Assembly: GCA_963696985.1 (NCBI GenBank)
Contig: CAVOMG010000001.1
Location: 299,024 to 363,023, forward strand
Length of the DNA: 64,000 bases
Reading direction: 5' to 3'
DNA from: an uncultured Thermoplasmata archaeon
GTDB lineage: Archaea; Thermoplasmatota; Thermoplasmata; Lutacidiplasmatales; UBA184
Every line of letters starts with the position of its first letter. Positions within the stretch are counted from its first letter, which is position 1. This document shows, piece by piece, positions 1-10,200 of this stretch. The notes under the pieces are model-generated. The model had not been told where the DNA came from, did no database searches, and saw nothing but the letters and a program-made list of their open reading frames with translations. The position numbers and the translations under genes were made by a program.

Positions 1-36
1 CCCGACGATTCTCGACACGTTCCGAGGATGGTGGCG

Positions 37-240
37 ATGAGCACCCTACCCGAGATCCCGGAACCGGCCCATAGTGGCGGACGGAAGATCTCCCTGGGCA
101 CGGCGACACCGCGCGGGTACGGCCACCGCCCCCGGCTCAGCCCGCAGGCCGCGGCGGCCTTCGCCACGATGGTCGATACCGCCCGGGCCCGCGCCGCGAG
201 CGAGGGTCGGACCCTCGTCTACACGGTCCGCTGGCACTAA
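37..240 (+). CDS. small hypothetical protein
   Basis: ATG at 37 overlaps the TGA (38-40) of a partial upstream frame (ATGA coupling); no recognisable motif. Confidence 0.45.
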   Translation: MSTLPEIPEPAHSGGRKISLGTATPRGYGHRPRLSPQAAAAFATMVDTARARAASEGRTLVYTVRWH

Positions 241-275
241 GCCTTTGCCGGCGCGCCCTCGCGCTGGGCGATGGG

Positions 276-813
276 TCATCGCGTCGGGGTGAGCCATCGC
301 GCCCGCTCGATCCCGGCCTTCGAGAGCTCGTCGGCGCGCTGATTCTCCCCGCGGGGAACCCAGTTGAACCGGACCTCCTCGAACTGGCCGACGAGCGCCG
401 CCAGCCGCTCATGGTAGGCCTTAAGGTGCTCGGCCCGAACCTCGTACTCCCCGCTCATCTGCCGGATGAGAAGCTGGCTGTCCCCGATCGTGACGACGGT
501 CCCCCGGTACCCGCGGGGCTAGCAGGTACTCGAGGGCCCGGATCGCGCCGGTGTACTCCGCGATGTTGTTCGTTGCCCGCTCGGAACCGGGCCTCACCGC
601 GAGCCCGCTCTCCTCGTGGTCGAGCTTCTCCCCGTCGACGGTGAATCCGTAGGCGGCGAACCCGCCGCCCCGGGGGGGCTGGCAGGCCCCGTCGAAATGG
701 ACGGTGACGACCGCCGGGAAGAGCGTCGTCCCCCGGGGGACACGTTCCGCGTCCGCGGACTCGGTCCGCCCCGAAGCGCCGTCGCTCACCGGATCACCTT
801 CCGGACGGTCCAT
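276..813 (-). CDS. rnhA: ribonuclease HI (frameshift near 515, likely sequence error)
   Basis: VHFDGAC, TNNIAEYTGAIRALE, then in another frame GDSQLLIRQMSGEY and WVPRGENQRADELS. Confidence 0.9.
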
Positions 814-913
814 ACCGGGCCGCGCACGGTATTTGGGGGTGTCGGGGGGTGGGAGATGTTGGGGGAAAAACGAAGCTTGATACCCCTTGACCGCCCATGG
901 TCGAGGCACGGGC

Positions 914-1285
914 ATGGCGAACTCCACGTCCTCCCTGCCACTCGGCGTCGCGATCCTTGCCGTCCTGATCGGCATCTTCGCCTTCATCCTGGTCATCGTC
1001 GGGATCCTCATCCTCCTCGCCGTCGGGCTCGGCGCAGCGGCCGGGGCCGCCGCCTTCGGCGTCTCGACCCTCGGGGGGATCCTGCTCCTGCTCGTCGGGA
1101 TCGTGATATTGGCCGTGGCGAAGGGCCTGTGGGACCAGGAGCTCTGGGCGCTCGTCATCAGCATCATCGCCATCGGCTTCCTGCTCCTCGGCGTCATCGT
1201 CGCGGGGGCACTCTTCTCGCTCGAGGGACTGATCCTCGTCGTGCTGCTGATCTACCTCGCCGTGGTGAACCGCCACTTCCGGTAG
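914..1285 (+). CDS. small multi-pass membrane protein
   Basis: About four hydrophobic segments, typical codon usage. Confidence 0.75.
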   Translation: MANSTSSLPLGVAILAVLIGIFAFILVIVGILILLAVGLGAAAGAAAFGVSTLGGILLLLVGIVILAVAKGLWDQELWALVISIIAIGFLLLGVIVAGALFSLEGLILVVLLIYLAVVNRHFR

Positions 1286-1342
1286 CGGGGCGGCCTCCCG
1301 GCGCCCGTGGGCGTTATAGCCCCGGGGGGCCGACGGTGGGAT

Positions 1343-1807
1343 ATGGCGAACCCGCGCGTGACGCTCAAGACCTCCTTGGGCGACATCGGACTCGAGATCT
1401 ACGAGGACAAGGCCCCGAAGACTTCGGCGAACTTCCTGACCCTCGTCCGCAAGGGGTTCTACAATAATACGACGTTCCATCGCGTCATCCCGGGGTTCAT
1501 GATCCAGGGCGGGGATCCGAAGGGAGACGGTACCGGCGGCCCCGGCTACACCATCCCGGACGAGTTCCACCCGCTCCTCACCCACTCCGAACTCGGGATC
1601 GTCTCGATGGCGAACGCCGGACCGAACACCGGCGGCAGCCAGTTCTTCATCACCCTCGCCGCCACGAACTGGCTCGACCGCAAGCATGCGGTCTTCGGCA
1701 AGGTCGTCTCCGGCCAGGAGGTCGTGGAGAAGATCGGGACGGTCCCGCGCGGGGCCTCCGACCGCCCGACGACCCCGGTCCGCATCGTCTCGGCGACGGT
1801 CGGATGA
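1343..1807 (+). CDS. ppiA: cyclophilin-type peptidyl-prolyl isomerase
   Basis: FHRVIPGFMIQGGDP, SMANAGPNTGGSQFFIT, WLDRKHAVFG; TTATA at about 1314. Confidence 0.97.
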   Translation: MANPRVTLKTSLGDIGLEIYEDKAPKTSANFLTLVRKGFYNNTTFHRVIPGFMIQGGDPKGDGTGGPGYTIPDEFHPLLTHSELGIVSMANAGPNTGGSQFFITLAATNWLDRKHAVFGKVVSGQEVVEKIGTVPRGASDRPTTPVRIVSATVG

Positions 1808-1814
1808 ACCCGGT

Positions 1815-2294
1815 TCACGCCGGGAAGTCGAACGGGTAGCGCTGCGCCGGCCGGAACGCGTCCCCCGCCGTGGTGACGAGCGCCCTGACGAGCTGGAAGG
1901 TCGGCACGACCACGGCGATCAGGACGAGCTCAGAGAACGTGACCGTGATCGTCGCCCCCTGGTAGGCGATCACTCCCGTCGCCCGCTCGGAGAGCCAGAC
2001 GAGGTAGCCGATCGCGGCCGACGCGTACACCGCGAGGACCGGCCCGTACGCCCGGGTCGGCTTCGCGACGTAGGTGAGGAATGAGAGCACCAGGAGGCCG
2101 AGCCCGAGGAGCACGACCCCTCCGAGCGGGAACGGCTCCGGGACCCCGAGGGTGGATGAGACGCGGTCCGCCACATACGGCCAGCCGAGGTAGAACAGCC
2201 CCGCCGGGATCGATCGGATCACTCCCCAGGCGATCCGCGCGCCGACCGTGGGGAGCCGGTAGGTGCGCGGGTCGGGAGGCACGTAGCCGCTCAT
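1815..2294 (-). CDS. membrane protein
   Basis: Four hydrophobic segments; ATG overlaps the stop of the upstream gene (2291-2294). Confidence 0.7.
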   Translation of the reverse strand: MSGYVPPDPRTYRLPTVGARIAWGVIRSIPAGLFYLGWPYVADRVSSTLGVPEPFPLGGVVLLGLGLLVLSFLTYVAKPTRAYGPVLAVYASAAIGYLVWLSERATGVIAYQGATITVTFSELVLIAVVVPTFQLVRALVTTAGDAFRPAQRYPFDFPA

Positions 2295-3097
2295 GGGAAC
2301 GGCTCCGTGGCGACCGGAAGGTTCCAGGGACCCCCGCTGAAGCGGAGGGTGATCGAGTGGACCGACGAGGCGCACGCGGAGGGGAGGTAGACCTCCGAGC
2401 CTCCCTGGAACCCCGAGTGAGCCCCGACCGCGACGGGGAACGCCCCGCCCCCGCATTCGGCGCCTCCGGCGACGACGACCTGGTAGTCCACGGTGCCGTC
2501 GATGGCGAACGGGGCGTCATCGGTGAACGACACCGTGAACGGGACCCCGGTGGTCCCGTTCCCGTAGACCGTGGGCGACCCCGCCGTCGTGGCGAGGTTC
2601 GCGAACGGCGCACCCCAAGAGTAGTTCCGGGGGATTGTCAGCGCGATCGCGTAGACCTGGGCGTAGGTCGCATTGACCCAGGCCCACCCAGGGAGGACGA
2701 GGTCATGGGTCATCAGCTCGGCATCGACCGTGGGATCGATCGGGATGCGCAGGGTGATCGTGAGCGCTCCGACCGAACGGGGCGGGACCGTGACGACCGG
2801 GGATCCACCCGCCGCCAGGAGGGCGCCCGCGGCCCCGGGCATCCAGACCGCCGTAGAGACCTGGAGGGCGTCCACGGCGAAATACCCCGGATTCGAGACC
2901 GCAACGTTCGCCTGGAGTAGGAAGGTGTCGTTCGGTCCCTGGGAAGCGGTCGCCATCGGACCCGAGGAGGGCTCGGGACGTAGCTGGGAGGCCGAATAGA
3001 CCGAAAGCCCGGCGAACACCGCGATCCCCGCAATCGCCACCACCGAGAGGATCGCGAAGACCCGGGACACCACGAGCCACCCGGGACGTTTCGTCAT
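2291..3097 (-). CDS. N-terminally anchored extracellular beta-rich protein
   Basis: N-terminal TM helix followed by S/T/V/N-rich beta strands with NxT/S sequons. Confidence 0.7.
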   Translation of the reverse strand: MTKRPGWLVVSRVFAILSVVAIAGIAVFAGLSVYSASQLRPEPSSGPMATASQGPNDTFLLQANVAVSNPGYFAVDALQVSTAVWMPGAAGALLAAGGSPVVTVPPRSVGALTITLRIPIDPTVDAELMTHDLVLPGWAWVNATYAQVYAIALTIPRNYSWGAPFANLATTAGSPTVYGNGTTGVPFTVSFTDDAPFAIDGTVDYQVVVAGGAECGGGAFPVAVGAHSGFQGGSEVYLPSACASSVHSITLRFSGGPWNLPVATEPFP

Positions 3098-3236
3098 GGG
3101 ATGGCAAAGTATCTGGTCGGCCCCAGTAGAAAAAGGGGGGCCAAGGAGATCGTGTTCGTGGGTTTCACCGGTCAGCGGGGCCCGTCCAGTGGGGCCGCCC
3201 CCAGAGCTTGCGGGTGGTCGAGGGCGGGGGGAAATA

Positions 3237-3280
3237 CGACGAAAATCGTCGCGATTATCCGAAAACCGGTAACCCTTAAG
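3237..3280 (+). promoter_or_regulatory. Lrp-type operator pair plus TATA box of the dap operon
   Basis: Palindrome CGACGA-AAA-TCGTCG (3237-3251), second imperfect site CCGA-AAA-CCGG (3259-3269), CTTAAG at 3275-3280, GTG start at 3304. Confidence 0.6.
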
Positions 3281-3303
3281 AAGCGGCGGGACTCGCGGCG
3301 GTC

Positions 3304-4344
3304 GTGCCGATCGCGGGTACCTACACCGCCATTGTTACCCCCACCGTCGGCCGGGGCGACGTCGACGACGGGGCGTTCCGGGCGCTCCTGCGTTGGCAGC
3401 AGGAGTCCGGCGTCGAGGGCGTCGTGATCGGCGGCACTACCGGCGAATCGCCGACGCTGACCGAGGGCGAGCTCGTCCGGCTTTTCACGATCGCCCGCGA
3501 GGAGCTCCCCTCGAAGGTCGACGTGGTGGCGGCGACCGGGCGCAACCACCTCGTCGGGTCGATGGTCCTCACCCAGGCGGCCGCGGACCTCGGCATCCAC
3601 AACGTCCTATTGGTCGATCCCTACTACAATGGACCGAGCTCCCTCGAGATCCGACGCGAGTACCTCGAGCCGATCGCCACGCGGTTCCCGGAGCTCGGGC
3701 TCATTCCGTATGTGATCCCCGGGCGGACAGGTACCCGGCTCGACCCGGTCGATCTCCAGCGGATGGTCGTCGAAGGTCGCCGGATCGTCGGTGTGAAGGA
3801 CGCGACCGGGGAGGAGGAATTCGGGCGGGAGCTTCGTCGGCGCACCCCCAAACTCTCGATCGTCTCTGGGGACGACCCTCGGACGGTGCCGATGATGCTC
3901 GATCCCCACGTCCGCGCCTCTGGGGTCATTTCCGTCACCTCGAACCTCGTTCCCCGCGCGGTCCGCGAGATGGTCGACCGGGCGCGGTCAGGCGAACCCG
4001 AAGAGGCCAAAACCCGCGCCGCCCGGTTGCGCCCGCTCTTCGATTCGGTGACCCTCCGATCGAGCGAGGCTGGCCCAGCCGGAGAACTCGTGCCGGTCCG
4101 CAGCCGCAATCCGGTCCCGGTGAAGACCGCGCTCGCGCTCCTGGGCGTCCCCGTCGGGGAGTGTCGCCCGCCTCTAGGTCGGCTTGGTCCGGCCGGGGTG
4201 GCCCAGCTCGTCGCGGTCCTCCAGACGGTCCATCGGGAGGACCCGAGCACGTTCCGACCGATCGAGGAGTCGTTCGCTGTCGATATTGGTAAACGCCTCG
4301 CCGACCGTTCGCTCGCGAAGGGACTCGCATATGCCGCCTGGTAG
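3304..4344 (+). CDS. dapA: 4-hydroxy-tetrahydrodipicolinate synthase
   Basis: GTTGES, PYYN, YVIPGRTG, catalytic lysine in GVKDATG, NPVPVK. Confidence 0.9.
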   Translation: MPIAGTYTAIVTPTVGRGDVDDGAFRALLRWQQESGVEGVVIGGTTGESPTLTEGELVRLFTIAREELPSKVDVVAATGRNHLVGSMVLTQAAADLGIHNVLLVDPYYNGPSSLEIRREYLEPIATRFPELGLIPYVIPGRTGTRLDPVDLQRMVVEGRRIVGVKDATGEEEFGRELRRRTPKLSIVSGDDPRTVPMMLDPHVRASGVISVTSNLVPRAVREMVDRARSGEPEEAKTRAARLRPLFDSVTLRSSEAGPAGELVPVRSRNPVPVKTALALLGVPVGECRPPLGRLGPAGVAQLVAVLQTVHREDPSTFRPIEESFAVDIGKRLADRSLAKGLAYAAW

Positions 4345-5158
4345 GTCCGTCCGGCCGACGCGGGGGCGGTCTCGGGATCGCCCTGCTGAGCTGCGGATCG
4401 TCGTCGCCGGCGCGGCTGGTCGACTTGGGCGCGCGATCCTCCGGAGCGCGGCCTCGCACGGCCTCATCGTGGTGGGGTCGGTCGACCGGGTCTCGCAGCC
4501 CGCTCATGGAAGCCTTCCGAGGATCGATCGTGCGACCCCCGCAAACCTCCAACGATTGCTCTCAGGGGCGGAGGTCTTCCTGTCGGCGACGACGCCGGCC
4601 GCAGAGCGTGCGAACTTGCCGATGGTCGCGCGGGCCTCGGTCCCCGCCGTGGTGGCGACCACCGGGATCGGCCCTCCGGTCCCGGCTTGGCTTCGGGCCT
4701 GCGCCGACCAGATCCCGATCGTCCTCGACTCGAACTTCTCGATCGGGATGGGGATCCTGAGAGCGGCGGTTCGGTCGATCGGTCCGCTTCCGGACGGATT
4801 CGACGTGTCGATCGTCGAAGCCCATCGTCGGGAGAAGGCGGACCACCCGTCCGGGACAGCCCGCAGCCTCTCGGGCGACCTCGCCCAGTCGGGGGCGACG
4901 GGCTGGGAGGGGGCGCGCGGACGCCGGACACCGGGTCGGGTAGAGATCGCTTCGCTCCGGGGCGGTGAGACCCCCGGGATCCACGTGGTCCAGATCGCGG
5001 GCCCGTCGGAGCTCGTGCGTTTCGAGCACCTTGCCTACGGACGGGAGACGTTCTCCGAGGGAATGGTCCGCGCGGCCGAATGGCTCCGTGCGGCGCCCCG
5101 CGGGCGGCCGCCTGGGCTTTACACCCTACAGGACGTGCTGGGGGAAAGGGTTCGATGA
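4331..5158 (+). CDS. dapB: 4-hydroxy-tetrahydrodipicolinate reductase
   Basis: GAAGRLG, NFSIG, EAHRREKADHPSGTA, SLRGG; start uncertain. Confidence 0.9.
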   Translation: MPPGRSVRPTRGRSRDRPAELRIVVAGAAGRLGRAILRSAASHGLIVVGSVDRVSQPAHGSLPRIDRATPANLQRLLSGAEVFLSATTPAAERANLPMVARASVPAVVATTGIGPPVPAWLRACADQIPIVLDSNFSIGMGILRAAVRSIGPLPDGFDVSIVEAHRREKADHPSGTARSLSGDLAQSGATGWEGARGRRTPGRVEIASLRGGETPGIHVVQIAGPSELVRFEHLAYGRETFSEGMVRAAEWLRAAPRGRPPGLYTLQDVLGERVR

Positions 5159-6336
5159 GCGCCTCGCCCCGTCGACTGGTGGTCAAGTTTGGCGGCTCGG
5201 TCCTCACGGACGGCGCCGCCGTCGCGGAGGCGGCCCGTCTCCTCATCGAAGCCCCCGCCGAGGAACGGCTCGCCGTGGTCAGCGCCCCCCAGGGGATGAC
5301 CGACCAGCTCCTCCGGTTCGTCGATGAGGTCCCGCATCCGATCGATCCGTCCGAAGAGGCGAACCTCGTCGCGTTCGGCGAGCGGATCAGCGCGCGCCTG
5401 TTCACGGCGATCCTGAAGAGCCGCGGTGTCCCGGTCCGCCTCCTCGAGCCGGAGGATCCGGACTGGCCGATCCGCACGCGCGGCGGCAGCGTCGGAGCCG
5501 AGATCGATCCGGGGCCCTCGAGGGAACGGGCGAACGCGGTCCTGCGCCCGCTCCTGAAGGATCACGTCGTCGTCATCTGCGGGTTCCTCGGCCGGGAGGG
5601 CGGTCGGGTGACGACCCTTCGAAGGGGCGGGAGCGACACGAGCGCTCTCGCTCTCGGTGCGTTCCTCGAAGCGACGGATGTCGTTCTTGTCAAGGATGTT
5701 CCCGGCGTCCTCTCGGCCGATCCTCGGGTCGTGCCGGAAGCCCGGAAGCTCCCCGAGGTGAGCGCCGGGGACCTCGCCGAGCTCGTCCGCTCCGGCTCCT
5801 CCATCGTGGCGCGGGAGGCTCTCGAGTACCTCAATGCGGGCCCTCGGGTCAAAGTGATCCCGCTCGGTCCGCCCCTTCTGGACTCGGCCGGAACCTGGGT
5901 TCGCCCGGGCCCGCTCGATCGCGCGCCGCCCGGACCGACCGCCGATCGAGCGGCGGCGGGTTCGGTGACGGTCGTACACGATCTGGGAAGCGACGGCCTA
6001 GGCGTCCTCGGGCGCGAGATCTCGAACCGGCTTTGGCTCGGACTCTCCGCCACTCCGAATTCGATCACCGTCTATCTGCCCGAGCCCGAGGTGGTTCCTC
6101 TGGTTCGATCTCTTCACGCCACCGGGGCGTTCACGGCGATCACGAGCCGCACCGGGCTCTCCGTGCGAGTCGATCGATCCTCGTCGGCCATCGATCGGCC
6201 GGGGCCGGCACCTGCGGGACCCGGCGGCGAGGTCGTCGGAGCATTCGAGTCGGCGGGGCTGGTCCATTGGGTCGTCGAGCCCGGACTGAAGGAGCCGGCC
6301 GTTCCCCGCGCGGTCGGTTCGGGAACCCCGGCATGA
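5155..6336 (+). CDS. lysC: aspartate kinase
   Basis: VVKFGGS, VVSAP, TTLRRGGSDTSA, KDVPGVLSADPR; ATGA overlap with dapB. Confidence 0.9.
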   Translation: MSASPRRLVVKFGGSVLTDGAAVAEAARLLIEAPAEERLAVVSAPQGMTDQLLRFVDEVPHPIDPSEEANLVAFGERISARLFTAILKSRGVPVRLLEPEDPDWPIRTRGGSVGAEIDPGPSRERANAVLRPLLKDHVVVICGFLGREGGRVTTLRRGGSDTSALALGAFLEATDVVLVKDVPGVLSADPRVVPEARKLPEVSAGDLAELVRSGSSIVAREALEYLNAGPRVKVIPLGPPLLDSAGTWVRPGPLDRAPPGPTADRAAAGSVTVVHDLGSDGLGVLGREISNRLWLGLSATPNSITVYLPEPEVVPLVRSLHATGAFTAITSRTGLSVRVDRSSSAIDRPGPAPAGPGGEVVGAFESAGLVHWVVEPGLKEPAVPRAVGSGTPA

Positions 6337-7668
6337 GCGTCCGAGCGGACCGCGCGGTCCCGTTGCCCCCTCCGTTCACCGTCGGACCGGACGGGAGAGC
6401 GCTCGAGGGGCTTCGGCTCGACGAACTCGCCGACCGGTTCGGGACGCCGCTCTACGTCACCAGCGAACAGCGCATCCGCGAGAACGCCCGCCGGTTCCTC
6501 GCCGCGTTCCGGTCGGCTTGGCCGAACTACCGCCTCTTGTACGCCCTGAAGGCGAACCCGAACCCGGCAATCGTTCGAATCCTCCGTTCCGAAGGACTCG
6601 GGGCCGACTGCTCGTCCCCGGCCGAGATCCGCATCGCCCGGGAGGCCGGCGTCCCTCCCGCCGAGTCGCTCTACACGGGCGCGTATCCGTCCGACGCGGA
6701 GCTCACGTATGCCCTCGAGGCCGGCGTACCGGTGAACCTCGACGATGACGCTTTGCTCGCGCGGCTGGACCGACTCGGATGGCCGAACACCCTCTCCTTC
6801 CGGATCAACCCCGGCCGGACCGAGAGCGGCCCGGAAGGCCTTCGATTCGCGGGCCGCGGGGCGAAGTTCGGGATCCCCCTCGCCCGGGCGATCTCAGGGT
6901 TCAGGAAGGCGAAGCGGGCCGGGGTCGCCCACTTCGGCCTGCACACGATGCCGGGCTCGAACGTCCTGAGGCCTGAGCACTTCGCCCTCGTCGGACGGTT
7001 CCTCGGTGGAGCGTACCGACGGGTCGAGCGCGACGCCGGGGTCCGGCTCGACTTCATGGATGCCGGCGGCGGGTTCGGCGTCCCGTACCGCCCCAACGAA
7101 CCGACCCTCGACCTCGACCGGGTCGCACGCGGTCTCGTGGCGGGGCTTCTGGAGCGCCTTGGCCCCGACCTCGAATCGCCCCCGATGCTCTGCAACGAGC
7201 CCGGGCGCTATCTCGTCGCCGACAGCACCGTCCTCCTCACGCGCGTCACCCACGTCAAGGAAGGGCGACCGCTCCTGGTGGGGGTCGACGCGGGCATGCA
7301 GACCCTGCTTCGACCCGCCCTGTACCAAGCGTACCATCCGGTCCATCCGGTGCGGGGCTCTCGCGGGCCCATCCGAACGATGAACCTGGTCGGACCCGTC
7401 TGCGAGAACACGGACGTGCTGGCCCGAGACCGGCACCTCCGGACGCCCAAGGTCGGCGACCTCTACGCGATCGGGAACGCCGGGGCGTACGGTTTCTCGA
7501 TGTCGAGCCAGGTACAATACCCGCCCTCGGCCCGCGGAGCTCTTGGTGACCAACGGCCGGGCGATCGTGATCCGGTCGGCCGAGTCGTTCGACGACTTGG
7601 TGCGCCACGTCGAGTTGCCCGACCATCTCGCGGGGCCAAGGGTCGCCGCGAGGGGCCGGGGCGAATGA
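6333..7668 (+). CDS. lysA: diaminopimelate decarboxylase (frameshift near 7512)
   Basis: GTPLYV, YALKAN, GGGFG, EPGRYLV, GPVCE, AGAYG; the C-terminus YNTRPRPAE lies in another frame ending at TGA 7666-7668. Confidence 0.92.
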
Positions 7669-8825
7669 TGGAGGCTCCGCGCTCCCGGGCCCTCGCCCGC
7701 CTGCCGCCGTATCCTTTCGCGCTCCTCGAACAGAAGGCAAGCGCCGCCGAGGGCCGGCGCCGGGTCCTCCGGTTTGCGATCGGCGACCCCGACCAGTCGC
7801 CGCCGTCCTCCCTCGTCGAGGCCGCCCTCGGTGCGATGCGAACCCCGGGGGGAACCGGGTACTCCTCGAGCCGCGGGGAGCCCGAGCTCCGGGGGGCGTT
7901 CGCCGAATGGTTCCAAAAGAGGTTCGGCGTATCGGTCGACCCCGCTCGGGAGGTCGCCGTGCTCCTCGGCTCGAAGGAGGGACTCGCGGGCCTCCCGCGC
8001 GCCCTCCTCGATCCGGGAGCCCGGGTGATCGTGCCGGACCCGGGGTACCCCGCCTATGAGAACGCGGTCCGGCTCGCCCGGATGCGCCCGGTCCGGCTCC
8101 CCCTCGACCCCGAACGTGGATGGCGGCCAATGTGGGACCGCTGGCCCTCCGGCGGCTCGCTCGTCTACCTCAACTATCCCAACAACCCCACGGGAGCCGT
8201 CGTGGGGCGGGATGATCTCGCCGAGAGCCTCGATCGGGTCCGCGACGCGCACGCCACGCTCGCCTACGACAACGCCTACTCTGAGCTCACGTTCGGGGGA
8301 ACACCGGCACCTTCGATCCTCGAGCTCCCGGGAGCCCGCGAGGTGGCCGTGGAGTTCCATTCGCTCTCGAAGACGCTCGGGATCCCCGGATGGCGGATCG
8401 GCTTCGCGGTCGGGAACGCGGAGCGGGTGGCCGCTCTCACCGACCTCAAGAGCCATTCAGACTCGGGGGCAGCGCGACCGCTCCAGCAAGCGGCCGCCCA
8501 GCTGCTCCGAGAGTACGGCGCGGAGGGCTGGCCCGTGGAAGTGCGCACGGCCCTCGACGAATACGGAGGCCGCCTTCGGACGCTCGCCGAGGGCCTCACG
8601 GAGGTCGGCTGGCCCGTCGAAGAGCCGCGGGGCACGCTCTACCTCTGGCAACGGGTCCCCCGGGGGGACGGCGCCCGGTTTGCCGAAACGCTCCTCGAGA
8701 AGTACGGGATCCTGGTCACCCCGGGCGGGGCGTTCGGCCGCGGGGGCCGGCGCTACATCCGATGGGCGGTGACCGCGCCGCACGAAGACCTCGCCGAGGC
8801 CCTCGATCGGCTACGAGCGAACTGA
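7665..8825 (+). CDS. class I/II aminotransferase, probably LL-diaminopimelate aminotransferase
   Basis: LPPYPF, IGDPD, GSKEG, PDPGYP, LNYPNNPTG, DNAYSE, SLSKT, GWRIG; last gene of the dap operon. Confidence 0.8.
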   Translation: MMEAPRSRALARLPPYPFALLEQKASAAEGRRRVLRFAIGDPDQSPPSSLVEAALGAMRTPGGTGYSSSRGEPELRGAFAEWFQKRFGVSVDPAREVAVLLGSKEGLAGLPRALLDPGARVIVPDPGYPAYENAVRLARMRPVRLPLDPERGWRPMWDRWPSGGSLVYLNYPNNPTGAVVGRDDLAESLDRVRDAHATLAYDNAYSELTFGGTPAPSILELPGAREVAVEFHSLSKTLGIPGWRIGFAVGNAERVAALTDLKSHSDSGAARPLQQAAAQLLREYGAEGWPVEVRTALDEYGGRLRTLAEGLTEVGWPVEEPRGTLYLWQRVPRGDGARFAETLLEKYGILVTPGGAFGRGGRRYIRWAVTAPHEDLAEALDRLRAN

Positions 8826-8832
8826 AAGGACG

Positions 8833-9333
8833 CTACAAACGCCGGAGACGATCGCGTTCCCCCGGGGCGGAGGCCCGGCGAGGGACGCCCGGGCCACCGG
8901 AAGTGTCCCAGTGGCGCGTGGTATCCGGGGGCCGAACGGTTCGGGTCAGGCGAACCAGGGTGACCGTCGAGACGACCCCGTCCAGGGAGCGGATGCGGTC
9001 GAGCTCGGCGTTGAACCGCTCCATGGTGGGTTGCTCGATCACTGCCCCGAGGTCGAACTCGCCGCTCGTTTCGAAGACCTCCGTCGCCTTCGTCTGTAGG
9101 GAGCGCAGGATCTCGGGCGTGCGGCCCGGGCGGCACCGTACGAGGATGACCCCCTCGGGGCCGAGCGGTTGGGTCACGACGGTGTACCGGACGATCGTCC
9201 CGTCGGAGCGGAGCCGGCGGATCCTCCGGCGGACGGCGGCTTCGGTGAGGCCCACCGATGTTCCGATCTCGGCGTTCGTCGATGAGGCGTCCTCGCGAAG
9301 TCGCTGGAGGATCGTCCGGTCGATGTCGTCCAT
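8833..9333 (-). CDS. Lrp/AsnC family regulator (LysM-like)
   Basis: MDDIDRTILQRLREDASSTNAEIG...AVRRRIRRL HTH and RAM domain (TSGEFD); convergent on the lysine operon. Confidence 0.9.
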   Translation of the reverse strand: MDDIDRTILQRLREDASSTNAEIGTSVGLTEAAVRRRIRRLRSDGTIVRYTVVTQPLGPEGVILVRCRPGRTPEILRSLQTKATEVFETSGEFDLGAVIEQPTMERFNAELDRIRSLDGVVSTVTLVRLTRTVRPPDTTRHWDTSGGPGVPRRASAPGERDRLRRL

Positions 9334-9358
9334 GGGTCTCCGGCGGGGCTGAACCCCA

Positions 9359-9679
9359 CTACCGCAGGGTCAGAGGGCGATGGCGGCGGTCGCCCGAGGG
9401 TCCCACCGCCATCCTTCTCGTCGGATCCCGCTCGGTCAGCCTCTTGATGGCCGAGATGTTCGCCTCTCGGAGGGCCTGCTTCTCCTTGTCGTTGAGGTCG
9501 TGCATGTGGACGGAGACGGTGATCGTGCCGTTCAACTCGAGGCCCAGCGGGGTCCCCTTCCAGTCCAACGCGACGTGTCGCATCCGGATATCGAGCTGGC
9601 CCTGCTTGTCCGTCAATGCTCGCAGGACCTCTCCTACCATCGCGCCTGCCATATCCCAGTGCTCGTGTTCGCCCGCCAT
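9359..9679 (-). CDS. hypothetical protein
   Basis: Protein-like composition, host codon bias. Confidence 0.6.
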   Translation of the reverse strand: MAGEHEHWDMAGAMVGEVLRALTDKQGQLDIRMRHVALDWKGTPLGLELNGTITVSVHMHDLNDKEKQALREANISAIKRLTERDPTRRMAVGPSGDRRHRPLTLR

Positions 9680-9699
9680 GTATCGACCTGAGCTCTCCC

Positions 9700-10200
9700 A
9701 TGTCGCCCTCCGCTAAACAAGTTGCGCCGGGCCGCCGCGGGCCAGGGTCCGGCCGGGTTTCGAGCGAGTCCAACGCCCCGCCTCGCGCGCCCCCTTCGGC
9801 CCCGGATGCCCGACTCAGCACCCTCCTCGAAGACCTCCCGCCTGAGCTCCGTCCGATCGCGGACCAGCTGAGGTCGACGGTCCGATCGTGCGCCCCCGAA
9901 CTCGTCGAAGCCGTGAAGTGGGGCAACCCGGTTTGGACGGGACGTTCGAACGTCCTCTGTCTGATGGCCTATCCGGCGCATCTCAACCTCGGCTTCTTCC
10001 GAGGGGCCGAGCTGGCCGCCGGTTTCCCTGAGGTCACGGGGACCGGGGCTTCGATGCGACATGTTCGACTGTCTACCGTCGAACTCGCGGCCTCCCCCGG
10101 GATCCGCCGGATGATCCGGGCGGCGGTCCGCCTCGACGCCAAACCGGACCCATCTATCGGCGGTCCGGCGTTCGGCCGATCGGGCGGTTCGATCAGATGA
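9700..10200 (+). CDS. DUF1801/YdhG-like protein
   Basis: EAVKWGNPVW, HLNLGFFRGAEL, GTGASMRHVRL. Confidence 0.8.
   Translation: MSPSAKQVAPGRRGPGSGRVSSESNAPPRAPPSAPDARLSTLLEDLPPELRPIADQLRSTVRSCAPELVEAVKWGNPVWTGRSNVLCLMAYPAHLNLGFFRGAELAAGFPEVTGTGASMRHVRLSTVELAASPGIRRMIRAAVRLDAKPDPSIGGPAFGRSGGSIR

Noticed and set aside
3100..3300. Lysine riboswitch upstream of dapA
   Set aside because: The TATA box sits about 25 nt before the start (leaderless mRNA) and no L-box consensus is recognisable
6033..8825. Apparent 930-aa LysA-aminotransferase fusion
   Set aside because: An extra base near 7512 moves the LysA C-terminus (YNTRPRPAE) out of frame; corrected, lysA stops at 7668 overlapping the next ATG
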